Source: an uncultured Bacilli bacterium
Lineage (GTDB): Bacteria > Bacillota_I > Bacilli_A > RF39 > UBA660
Length of the DNA: 43,648 bases
Reading direction: 5' to 3'
Assembly (NCBI GenBank): GCA_947628485.1
Contig: CANRAA010000002.1
Coordinates: forward strand, 1 to 43,648
Shown: piece after piece, positions 33,645 through 42,161 of the stretch
Position numbering within the stretch: position 1 is the stretch's first letter
How the letters are laid out: each line of letters starts with the position of its first letter
Notes under the pieces: model-generated
Database searches by the model: none
What the model was told of the DNA's origin: nothing
The model's input: the letters and a program-made list of their open reading frames with translations, nothing else
Translations under genes and position numbers: made by a program

Positions 33645-35078
33645 TTAATTATTTTTCTTTTTATCTAAAATTCGGGCCATTTCCACTCCTGATGCCGAAG
33701 CCATCATAAGACCTCTTGTCATACCCCCACCATCACCAATAGAGTATAACCCTTTAATATTCGTTTCAAAATTCCGATCAATTACGACTTGATTACTATA
33801 AAATTTAATCTCCGGCGCATATAATAAGTTTTCGGGATTTGCAAAGCCTTCCACAATTTTGTCCATATCTCTTATAAAGGCCAAGATATCGGTCATTGTT
33901 CGGTATCCTAAAGCGAAGGTTATATCTCCAGCGACCGCACTTTTTAAAGTTGGCTTGATTGGATTTTTTTCTAACTCTTCTTCCCAAGTCCTTTTACCCC
34001 GGTAAATATCTCCTAGTCTTTGCACGACAATGTTGCCATTTCCGAGTTCATTTAAATTTTGCGCAATATTACGACCATATTCAATGGGTTTTGAGAAAGG
34101 ATAATTAAAGTGATGGGATACTAAAATTGCTAAATTAGTATTGGTACTTTTCCTATCTTTATAAGAGTGACCATTAACTAAACTTAAGTTATTATCATAT
34201 ACTTCACTGGAAACAAAACCACTAGGATTTTGACAGAAAGTTCTTACCTTATCTTTAAAAGGACTAGGTCTTCCTATAAACTTTCCTTCATACATATATT
34301 TATTAATTTTTTCCATAACTTTATCACTTAACTCATAACGAACCCCAATGTCAACAATTCCAGCTTCCGTTTTAATATCATGTTTTTCACACATATTAAC
34401 CAGCCAATTTGCCCCTTTTCTTCCTACCGCCACAATAACATTATCGGCGTAAATTATTTCTTCCTCATCATTAGTTCCTGATTTTCTTACTTTAACTCCT
34501 TTAGCAGTACCCTCTTCAATTACTAAATCCGTAACGGTCGTATTAAACATTAAATTAACCCCAGCATCTTCTAAATAATCTTCTAATTTTTTATAAAGTT
34601 CATGGGCTTTTTCGGTTCCTAAATGTCTTATTGGAATATCGATTAAAGTAAGTCCTTCTTTTTTAGCTTTATTTTTAATTTTACTAACTTCTTCCTTATA
34701 TTCAATACCTTCAAGTTTCGTATCCGCTCCAAACTTTAAATAAATACTATCGGTATAATCAATTAATTTTTTAGTTTCTTCAACACCAATATATTTATGT
34801 AAGTTACCACCCACATAAAAATCTTCATCTTCCTTATTATATAAAGATAATTTTCCATCAGAGAAAGCTCCAGCCCCACTAAAACCACTCGTTATATTAC
34901 AAAAAGGCTTACATTTCACACACTTTCCAATTTTTTCAATCGGGCAAGTTCTTTCTTCTACTCTTTTTCCTTGTTCAATTAATAACACCTTTTTATTACT
35001 TTTTAAATTTAATAACTCATAAGCCATAAATATAGCTCCTGGTCCCATGCCAATGGCTATTACATCATATTTTTGCAT
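33645..35078 (-). CDS. FAD-dependent protein (COG2509-like uncharacterised dehydrogenase)
   Basis: The N-terminal dinucleotide-binding motif is YDVIAIGMGPGAIF, and the C-terminal motif is LYSIGDGGG. The ATG at 35078 is preferred over the longer ORF-track start. Confidence 0.75.
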   Translation of the reverse strand: MQKYDVIAIGMGPGAIFMAYELLNLKSNKKVLLIEQGKRVEERTCPIEKIGKCVKCKPFCNITSGFSGAGAFSDGKLSLYNKEDEDFYVGGNLHKYIGVEETKKLIDYTDSIYLKFGADTKLEGIEYKEEVSKIKNKAKKEGLTLIDIPIRHLGTEKAHELYKKLEDYLEDAGVNLMFNTTVTDLVIEEGTAKGVKVRKSGTNDEEEIIYADNVIVAVGRKGANWLVNMCEKHDIKTEAGIVDIGVRYELSDKVMEKINKYMYEGKFIGRPSPFKDKVRTFCQNPSGFVSSEVYDNNLSLVNGHSYKDRKSTNTNLAILVSHHFNYPFSKPIEYGRNIAQNLNELGNGNIVVQRLGDIYRGKRTWEEELEKNPIKPTLKSAVAGDITFALGYRTMTDILAFIRDMDKIVEGFANPENLLYAPEIKFYSNQVVIDRNFETNIKGLYSIGDGGGMTRGLMMASASGVEMARILDKKKNN

Positions 35079-35160
35079 TACCGCTACTTCCTTTACCAAT
35101 ATAATTATATAATGAAATAGACTATTATTCAAACAATTTAAAAAAGGAAGAGCTATCTTC

Positions 35161-35919
35161 CTAATCATATACTAAATTATTTTCAATTCTAATTCTGTCG
35201 GCTAAAGTTGTTAAATATTCAGCATTCGTCGGTTTATCTCTATTCACATTTAAACTATGACCAAAGATACTTTCCATTAAATTCATGTCTCCCCTTGTCC
35301 AACTAACTTCAATCGCATGTCTTATGGCTCTTTCTACTCTTGTTGTTGTCGTATTATATTTTTGAGCAATAGTAGGATAGATATCTTTAGTTATATAAGC
35401 CATACCATGACTATCATTATAAACCATCATAATTCCATCTTTTATATATTGATAACCTCTGATATGCGATGGAATCCCTAATTTATGTAATAAATCCGTT
35501 ATAATTCTTTCTTGATTAAATAATTTACTTCTATTATTCATCCTATAATCAATACTTAAAATTCTTTTTTCTAAAGCTAAATAATTAATTGGCTTTAGCA
35601 TATAATATGTAATTCCATAATTATTGGCTTCTTCTAAAATATTTTCATCTTTATAAGAAGTCATAATAATGACATTTTTATTTATCCTTCTTCTTTCCAT
35701 TTCACTTAAGATAAATAAACCATCTAGGCCCGGAATAATTAAATCCATTAAAATAATATCTACTTCTTTATTATGATTAATGATATACTCTAATCCTTCC
35801 TCACCATTTTCTTTACAAGCTACTACTTTAATTACTTCATGACTACTGAAATACTTCTCGATGTCACTAGTTACTGATTTATTACTATCAATAACTAAGA
35901 CATTAATGTTAGTTTTCAC
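35161..35919 (-). CDS. spo0A: Sporulation master regulator Spo0A
   Basis: It has an N-terminal receiver domain plus the Spo0A-specific C-terminal signature IPSHIRGYQY..., TRVERAIRHAIEVSWTRG and DKPTNAEYL. Confidence 0.9.
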   Translation of the reverse strand: MKTNINVLVIDSNKSVTSDIEKYFSSHEVIKVVACKENGEEGLEYIINHNKEVDIILMDLIIPGLDGLFILSEMERRRINKNVIIMTSYKDENILEEANNYGITYYMLKPINYLALEKRILSIDYRMNNRSKLFNQERIITDLLHKLGIPSHIRGYQYIKDGIMMVYNDSHGMAYITKDIYPTIAQKYNTTTTRVERAIRHAIEVSWTRGDMNLMESIFGHSLNVNRDKPTNAEYLTTLADRIRIENNLVYD

Positions 35920-36007
35920 TATTTCACTCTCTTTCTTTCTCCTAATATTTTTGTACTGCTTGTAAATACATTATATACTATTTTACAACAAAAATCTACA
36001 GAAAAAA

Positions 36008-36055
36008 TTGACAAGTTTTGTCAATCTATGTCAATGTTTGTCATATTTTGTCGAA
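36008..36055. promoter_or_regulatory. Array of 0A-box-like repeats with exact 10-bp phasing upstream of spo0A
   Basis: TGTCAAT is at 36019, TGTCAAT at 36029, TGTCATA at 36039 and TGTCGAA at 36049. An inverted TTGACAA lies at 36008. The array is 90-135 nt upstream of the spo0A ATG. Confidence 0.6.
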
Positions 36056-36059
36056 TATA

Positions 36060-36605
36060 CTAGAAATATTCTTTTATTAGACTTCTTTTCTTACCAAAAT
36101 CCTCAATTTTTGGCCTATTTAAATTCATAATTTCTTGATAACAAATTTCCACAATTTCTTTTAAAGGAACTTCAAATTTAATATCTACTCCTAATTTTCC
36201 CATATATAAAGAACCTAAGTTATGACTTAAGATAAAGAATTTTAAATAAGTAATAAATCTTTCGTATTCTTCACTTGTTACCATATTTTCTAAATAAAAC
36301 TTGGGAAAAGGAATTTTTTGCAAAGTAAAGACCGCCGCCCCATTCCGGTTCGTTACCGTATATTCACTATTATATTTAACACTCTCATCAAAATCTTCTA
36401 AATTCCATCTTTCACAAAAAAGAATAAGCATACGGGGGAGTATTTCAGTTGTAAAGTATTCTTCATTAGAAAGAGAACTTTCCGCTTTCCTTTCTAATAG
36501 TTTTTGTTTAATTTCTTGATAAGTAACACTCGTATCAATGTCTTCCTTATCACTAACCACACTTTTAATATGATTAAATATTACTCCTACTTCTGTCACT
36601 TCCAT
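36060..36605 (-). CDS. Hypothetical protein
   Basis: 181-aa ORF with no recognised motifs. Confidence 0.5.
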   Translation of the reverse strand: MEVTEVGVIFNHIKSVVSDKEDIDTSVTYQEIKQKLLERKAESSLSNEEYFTTEILPRMLILFCERWNLEDFDESVKYNSEYTVTNRNGAAVFTLQKIPFPKFYLENMVTSEEYERFITYLKFFILSHNLGSLYMGKLGVDIKFEVPLKEIVEICYQEIMNLNRPKIEDFGKKRSLIKEYF

Positions 36606-36675
36606 ATACCTCCATACTACCTATTATTAAGTATAACGTATTAAAGGGTTAGAAACAAGCAAAATAACACTTTTC

Positions 36676-37833
36676 TTACTCTTTATTAACACTATTTAAA
36701 GATATATACTCTAAAGCTTTTAATTTACCAGAGGATACGTACTCTAAAGTAGCACCACCCCCGCTGGAAAGATAAGCAAAACTATTATCATAACCAAATT
36801 TATGCACCGCACTTAAAGTATCTCCCCCACCAATATAGACAGAAGCATCACTCTTACTTAAATATTCTAGTAATCCTTTAGTACCTGTACTATAATTTTC
36901 ATCTTCATATTTACCACAAGTACCATTAAAGAAAACCATATTTAAATTATTAAGTAATTCACTATTAATTATATTATCTAATATTACATCTTCATCTTCT
37001 ACTTCTTCAATTTTAATATTTAAATCTTTATCATTTCTTTTCACTATAAAATTATTACTAAAGAATATCTTATCTTCATTATTTATTAATAGATTTTTAA
37101 CACACTCAAGTACTTCTTCATCACTACTTACTAAACTTTTCCCTATATTATAACCTTTAACTTTTAAGAACGTATTTAAAATACCCCCTGTAATAATTAA
37201 CTTATCACATCTATTTAAAATATTTTCAATAATTTTAATTTTATCATCAACTTTAGCCCCACCCATAATAACTCCAAAAGGATGATTAGTTATCGTTATT
37301 AATGGCTCTAAATTATTTATTTCACTTTCCACTAAAAAGCCTAAATAAGTAGGTAAATATTTAGATATTCCAGCCGTTGAAGCATGTGCTCTATGAAGGG
37401 AGGCAAAAGCATCAATTACAAATATATCTGCAAAACTACTCCAATATTTAGCAAGTTCTAAATCATTGGCACTTTCTCTTTTCTCTGGTACATCAGTAAA
37501 TCTAGTATTTTCTACTAAAAATATTTTTTTAGAGCTTCTATTTATTTCTTCTAGTTCTAAAGGATCACTAATAAACTCAATATCATAATATTTTTTTAAA
37601 TATTCATAAACTATTTTTAAACTATTTTTTTCTTTATCATCTTCACTTTTAACTCTTCCAAAATGACTCAATAAAATAACTATATTACCATTTTCTAATA
37701 AATAGTTAATTGTCTTAAAACTTTTTGTTATTTTACTATCGTCACTAATGTTACCATCACTTACAGGCACATTAAAATCACATCTTAATATAACTCTTTT
37801 ATTCTTTATTTCTTTATTACTTAAGTATTCCAT
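36676..37833 (-). CDS. pgk: Phosphoglycerate kinase
   Basis: Motifs present are RCDFNVP, SHFGR, DAFASLHRAHAST, GGAKVDDKI and SSGGGATLEY. The ATG at 37833 follows a GGGTGA Shine-Dalgarno sequence. Confidence 0.9.
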   Translation of the reverse strand: MEYLSNKEIKNKRVILRCDFNVPVSDGNISDDSKITKSFKTINYLLENGNIVILLSHFGRVKSEDDKEKNSLKIVYEYLKKYYDIEFISDPLELEEINRSSKKIFLVENTRFTDVPEKRESANDLELAKYWSSFADIFVIDAFASLHRAHASTAGISKYLPTYLGFLVESEINNLEPLITITNHPFGVIMGGAKVDDKIKIIENILNRCDKLIITGGILNTFLKVKGYNIGKSLVSSDEEVLECVKNLLINNEDKIFFSNNFIVKRNDKDLNIKIEEVEDEDVILDNIINSELLNNLNMVFFNGTCGKYEDENYSTGTKGLLEYLSKSDASVYIGGGDTLSAVHKFGYDNSFAYLSSGGGATLEYVSSGKLKALEYISLNSVNKE

Positions 37834-37858
37834 TATATTCACCCATTTATATAATATC

Positions 37859-37888
37859 AAAAAAATCTTAAGATAAATTACTTAAGAT
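37859..37888 (-). terminator. Intrinsic terminator after the 96-aa ORF
   Basis: The minus strand reads AUCUUAAG-UAAUUUAU-CUUAAGAU followed by UUUUUUU. Confidence 0.55.
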
Positions 37889-37918
37889 TTAATTTTGACG
37901 AATATTTAACATTTTAAA

Positions 37919-38209
37919 TTATCTTTTTAAACTATCTTCTTCTAAAGAAATAGATTTAATACTTTCTTTTGTTTCTTCTAACTTTCTTTTTTGAATATCT
38001 AAAAACATTAATTTAATAAAACCACTACTATGATTAATTAAATATTCTATTTCCCTAGTATTCATTTCCTTAAATAAATTTTCTTCCCCAGCATTTTTTA
38101 ATATTTCTTTCATAGTTAAATGTTCATTACCAAATTCACCATTATAATATCTATTCATTATACTATAATATTTTTTTAAATTAACACTTAATTCTATATT
38201 TTTTGCCAT
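37919..38209 (-). CDS. Hypothetical small protein
   Basis: The ATG at 38209 follows an AAGGAGG Shine-Dalgarno sequence, giving 96 aa. The ORF-track start at 38284 lacks a ribosome-binding site. Confidence 0.5.
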   Translation of the reverse strand: MAKNIELSVNLKKYYSIMNRYYNGEFGNEHLTMKEILKNAGEENLFKEMNTREIEYLINHSSGFIKLMFLDIQKRKLEETKESIKSISLEEDSLKR

Positions 38210-38328
38210 ATTAGTAAACCTCCTTAACAACAAAATAATATCATACACCAAATTAATTAGTATATATAATTTTAAATCTAGCAAATATGCTGTGTCTATA
38301 TATTTTTCAGATATTAAAAAATATTTAT

Positions 38329-38535
38329 TTAACGCATAATAGTTCTTTTTAAAGTTGGATCATCAGAATCAATATTTGCTCTATTTCTATTTATATTATA
38401 AGCGATTTGTTCATTTAATCTTTTAACGTAATCGGCAGTTAAGATTTCTGTTTCAATATTTGTTTTTTCTTGTTCTTCTTCTTTTGATTCATCTTCAGCT
38501 TCTTCATAATTTAAAACTCGAACTCTAAGGCTCAT
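38329..38535 (-). CDS. Hypothetical small acidic protein
   Basis: 68-aa ORF with an E-rich centre. Confidence 0.4.
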   Translation of the reverse strand: MSLRVRVLNYEEAEDESKEEEQEKTNIETEILTADYVKRLNEQIAYNINRNRANIDSDDPTLKRTIMR

Positions 38536-38680
38536 ATGATCACTTCTTTCATTTGCAGTTTATTATATCATAGCAAAGGTTAACTAGTAAACATAATAAT
38601 TTGTTTCATTAAATAAATTTGAAAGAGCCCAAATTTTTAAGGATAGGCAATAAGTCATTAAAATATCAGTTTATAAAATC

Positions 38681-38709
38681 TTGAATAGTTGAAAAAAATA
38701 TATTATAAT
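38681..38709 (+). promoter_or_regulatory. Sigma-A-type promoter for the 291-aa gene
   Basis: TTGAAT (38681-38686) is followed by a 17-nt spacer and TATAAT (38704-38709). A TAGGTGAT Shine-Dalgarno sequence precedes the ATG at 38735. Confidence 0.6.
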
Positions 38710-38734
38710 ACCCTAACAAGTAGGTGATTTATTT

Positions 38735-39610
38735 ATGGCCATTGGTTATGAAGCATTTCAAAGATTAAAAGAGTTTGATAGAGTAGAAATGGGAATTATA
38801 GATTTTTATCAATTTGGTAATATTAAAAAAGATTATGAAAGTAATGACAATCTTGCTCATCGTTATGCTATTAATCGTATATACTCTCTATATAAAAATT
38901 TAAAAGATATATCTATAGAAGAAATGACAGAACAATATTTAGATGACCAAATGAAATGGTATTTTAATTCCAACAGAATTATAAAAGAAAAAAATTGGTT
39001 TGTCTATTTAAAAAGTATTATTTTTATTCTTATTCTTAATGGTTCTTGGTTTCAAATAGAAGAAGATAAATTATTAAAAACAATTGAATATTGTTTGAAA
39101 AAAGGGGAAGATGTTAATGAAAAAGTATTTACTGAACCATCTTATTTTCGCTATCATTCTATTGCTTTAGAAGGAGATTACATAGAAAATTGTAGTTATA
39201 TCCATCTAGCCCTTAATAGTAATTATAAAACCCAATTTATCGTTTCCTTAATTGAACTATGCAAACAATATGGTTTTAATGTAAATAATACTTCCTCTTA
39301 TTTTAATAGAACTATTGCTCATGAAACCATTGAAGCAAAACTCTACAAAGGATATAATGGTAAAATTTTACCTATAATTGAAGCATTAGGAACAAATTTT
39401 GATGCCTCAATTACTGATAATAATAATTATAATGTTTATCAATTAATTTTAGAAAAAATAGAAATAATGAAAAATAAAATGAATTTTGAACAATATAAAG
39501 ATAATGAAGTTGGAAAAGTTAAAATTCTGGAATTTATAGAAGATTTAGAATCTTGTCAAGAATACGTTAAAAATTTAACTGATACTAATATTAGAAAAAG
39601 ACAAAAATAA
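38735..39610 (+). CDS. Hypothetical protein (possibly ankyrin-like repeats in the C-terminal half)
   Basis: 291-aa ORF with a good promoter and ribosome-binding site. It has weak ankyrin-like patterns (IHLALNSNY...LIELCKQYGFNVN; TIAHETIEA...). This is one of the few plus-strand genes. Confidence 0.5.
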   Translation: MAIGYEAFQRLKEFDRVEMGIIDFYQFGNIKKDYESNDNLAHRYAINRIYSLYKNLKDISIEEMTEQYLDDQMKWYFNSNRIIKEKNWFVYLKSIIFILILNGSWFQIEEDKLLKTIEYCLKKGEDVNEKVFTEPSYFRYHSIALEGDYIENCSYIHLALNSNYKTQFIVSLIELCKQYGFNVNNTSSYFNRTIAHETIEAKLYKGYNGKILPIIEALGTNFDASITDNNNYNVYQLILEKIEIMKNKMNFEQYKDNEVGKVKILEFIEDLESCQEYVKNLTDTNIRKRQK

Positions 39611-39672
39611 CATTAAATATCTCATCTATAACTTTCTCTATTTTCCCTGCAATGACTTAATATAATAATGAT

Positions 39673-39933
39673 TTAAAACCATTCTTTTTTCATTGCTTCT
39701 AAAAATTCTTTAGTTAAGGGATAAATATCATTTTCATATATTATGGAATCAATTCCACAAAAAGGACATATAGCGGTATTATTATCATCACACCAATCAC
39801 TTATTAATTTAGGATCAAATATACTTAAACAATAAAAACATCCACATTTATTTACTTTTTCTAAATTTTCTCTATTATGTGAACAACACACATGAGCATT
39901 TTTTACTTGTCTTAAAAGTTCTTTTTTATCCAT
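39673..39933 (-). CDS. Cys-rich zinc-ribbon-like mini-protein
   Basis: 86 aa with HVCCSH...CGCFYC...W.D...TAICPFCGIDS, that is, several CxxC-type pairs. Confidence 0.55.
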   Translation of the reverse strand: MDKKELLRQVKNAHVCCSHNRENLEKVNKCGCFYCLSIFDPKLISDWCDDNNTAICPFCGIDSIIYENDIYPLTKEFLEAMKKEWF

Positions 39934-39966
39934 AATCTTAAAACTCCTTAAATAATCAAATATTAA

Positions 39967-40353
39967 TTACCAATTTTTTTGAAGATCGAAATCTTTAGCA
40001 TATGAATAACTTATTAATTCTCCATCTTTTGTTTCAATCCATCCCTTAAATTTATGTGACCAATCTGTTAATTTTTTCGCATTTTTACCCTTTAATTTAA
40101 GTAAAACTTTATCCATAATTTCTATTTCTTGTTTACTAAATAAAAACAAATCTGGTTCTACTGTAGGTTTAAATAATATTTTATCTTCCTCATTATTTAC
40201 CATTTCCAAATAATTTTGTTTTACTAATAAATTTAAGATTGTATCTTTATTATCAAAATTTGGTCCATAAGTACCATGCGCATATTTAAAAGAAGTAATA
40301 GGTTTAGAATATTCTTTAAATGCTTGAAAATCTATGGAAAATAAATTTTTCAT
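39967..40353 (-). CDS. Panacea/DUF4065 (SocA-like antitoxin domain) protein, probably an N-terminally truncated remnant
   Basis: It contains the characteristic Y..G.YGP core (FKYAHGTYGPNF) but lacks the usual N-terminal helices. Related reading frames, broken by a TAG and a frameshift, continue upstream to an ATG at 40544. Confidence 0.5.
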   Translation of the reverse strand: MKNLFSIDFQAFKEYSKPITSFKYAHGTYGPNFDNKDTILNLLVKQNYLEMVNNEEDKILFKPTVEPDLFLFSKQEIEIMDKVLLKLKGKNAKKLTDWSHKFKGWIETKDGELISYSYAKDFDLQKNW

Positions 40354-40765
40354 TATTTGAGTTTTAGTTAAAAAAATTATCTTTTAAAACATAGAACAAA
40401 AGCAAAACTCAATAAATAAAATTTATTTCGTTTCACCTGATAAGCCTCACGGCTTATCTTTCCTGCTTCATTGGACTAAATCCTCCACAGGCCATATTTC
40501 CGACAGTCGCTGCCGTACTTGCTATTATTTTTTTTATTTTCCATAGGTACGTTTTAATTATATAACACAAACTAATGATTGTCAACACAAAAATTTACTT
40601 TTTGTATGACTTTCATATTGTATAATTATGTTAAACTTAACATAATTAAATCCTTAACATAAGTATAAAAAAATGCCTAAGGGGCAGCGTACTTAACATA
40701 CGCTTAGCTTTTAGCTACCTACCTCAGGTCTTGTGAGAATATATTAACACAGTATTAAATTAATG

Positions 40766-41473
40766 TCAAATATCCTCTTTATTATTATATGCAATTTTTT
40801 GAGTTCTACCCTTAATTCTATGTCCAGGAAATAAACTAGTTCTAAAATTCTTTAATTTTAAAATTTTTATTACTTTATTTACAATTGTTTTATCTTTAAA
40901 ATAATTGTAAAAAGTATTAACTATCAAATCTGCTAGTTGAATTCCATAATTAGTTTTGGAATCATAATAAGTAATTTTAAAATCAAAATTTTCTAAACAA
41001 AATTCCGTTTTTAAGTATGTTTCTAAATTATTTAAATCTCCAATTCTTATATTTCTATTATCAATACTTACTATAAGTTCTATATTATCTTGAATTTGGG
41101 CTAAATTTAATAAAGGGACAATACAATCCTTAAATAATAACTTTACAGCATAATTAAAAAATATATTTGATTCAACTATCTCTTTTTTCATTGCTCCTTT
41201 TTCAAATATTTTAACACATCCATAAAACGTATTAATATCTTGAATTTGACTAAATATATTAATTTTTTCTTCTTGGGTCATATCATATGATTTAACTTCT
41301 TTTTCCAACGAAATATTTTTTTCATCTTTTATTTTTTTATTCAATTTTTTATATAATGATGTTATTTTATTTTTATCTTCTCTAAAAGTGAAATATCCAC
41401 CCACTGCAAAATATTTTGTATGGCTATTTTTGTGAATTGAACCACTTTCATCTAAATATACAAATATTTTTAT
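40766..41473 (-). CDS. DUF3800-like protein, probably starting at a non-canonical ATA codon
   Basis: The C-terminal IQLADLIVN motif is present. The in-frame region upstream of the ORF-track GTG (41404) encodes IKIFVYLDESGS, the family's N-terminal (V/I)Y.DESG motif. An AGGAGA Shine-Dalgarno sequence (41486-41481) ends 7 nt before the ATA at 41473, and there is no in-frame ATG, GTG or TTG there. Confidence 0.55.
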   Translation of the reverse strand: MKIFVYLDESGSIHKNSHTKYFAVGGYFTFREDKNKITSLYKKLNKKIKDEKNISLEKEVKSYDMTQEEKINIFSQIQDINTFYGCVKIFEKGAMKKEIVESNIFFNYAVKLLFKDCIVPLLNLAQIQDNIELIVSIDNRNIRIGDLNNLETYLKTEFCLENFDFKITYYDSKTNYGIQLADLIVNTFYNYFKDKTIVNKVIKILKLKNFRTSLFPGHRIKGRTQKIAYNNKEDI

Positions 41474-41659
41474 AACATCATCTCCTTATATAAAATATAA
41501 ACTATTTTCTATTATAATCTATTTAACAAAATTTTAAAAGTTTTTATAAATTCACATCCATCTTTGTCAACTGTTTGACAGAAAAGATGTTTTTACATTT
41601 AGAAAAGTATCAATATTTTTCGTTTTTTGCTAAAATAATAGTAAAGAGGAAACGATGAG

Positions 41660-42142
41660 ATGAATAATAATTTAACTATAAAATGTATAAAATCAAGTGA
41701 TAATGATTTTTATGATATTTGTAATTATTGTGAAAAAAATATAAATAGAGAAAATTTAAATATTAATGGTGGAGTATTAGAAAACTATGATATTACTTAT
41801 CAATCCATAATGATATTTGTAACTTATTTTAATCAAATTCCAATAGCCTATGCATCGATAAGAATAAAAAAGGAAGGAGAATATTATATCTCACAAATTG
41901 CTATAAAAAATGAATATAAGAGAATGGGAATCGGACGAGCTATGGTAAAAATGATAATTAAAAAAGCGAAAGAAGATAACATGAATTTAAGAGCCCATGT
42001 AAGATACTGGAATAAACCATCATTAGAATTTTTCCGTTCATTAGGATTTGATCAATCTGATATATTAACCAAAAAAGGAAGTTATACTTTTAAATTAAAA
42101 ATTCGAAATTTAGTTAATAATCATTCCCAAATTAAAAGATAA
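41660..42142 (+). CDS. GNAT-family N-acetyltransferase
   Basis: It has an acetyl-CoA-binding pattern, QIAIKNEYKRMGIGRAMV, and ...FFRSLGF. Confidence 0.8.
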   Translation: MNNNLTIKCIKSSDNDFYDICNYCEKNINRENLNINGGVLENYDITYQSIMIFVTYFNQIPIAYASIRIKKEGEYYISQIAIKNEYKRMGIGRAMVKMIIKKAKEDNMNLRAHVRYWNKPSLEFFRSLGFDQSDILTKKGSYTFKLKIRNLVNNHSQIKR

Positions 42143-42161
42143 TTAATTTTTTTAGTTAGAA

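Noticed and set aside
33805-33987. 60-aa minus-strand ORF inside the FAD-dependent protein gene
   Set aside because: It is an alternative frame of a clearly coding gene. The basic, low-complexity translation is spurious.
40440-40530. A riboswitch or structured ncRNA in a G+C-rich patch (GGAGGA..AGUCCAAUGAAGCAGG, hairpin GAUAAGCC-GUGA-GGCUUAUC), vaguely reminiscent of SAM-I or SRP RNA
   Set aside because: The conserved cores of SAM-I, TPP, SRP and the other classes I can recall are not present. The patch is better explained as the broken 5' part of the Panacea/DUF4065-like gene.
40666-40728. A tRNA-like or branched structure (minus strand: CCUGAGG...UAGC-UAAAA-GCUA, AGCGUA-UGUUAAG-UACGCU...CCUUAGG, followed by U7)
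   Set aside because: It is only about 55 nt long and has no T-arm (GGTTCGA-type) or D-arm conservation. It sits directly after the DUF3800-like stop and ends in a U-tract. It is most simply a compound intrinsic terminator.
41556-41600. A palindrome, CATCTTTGTCAACTGTTTGACAGAAAAGATG followed by TTTTT, considered as a terminator or 0A-box pair between the DUF3800-like and GNAT genes
   Set aside because: No plus-strand gene ends upstream of it, and the arms are imperfect. It may simply contain the GNAT promoter -35 element (TTGACA). There is not enough evidence to call it a feature.
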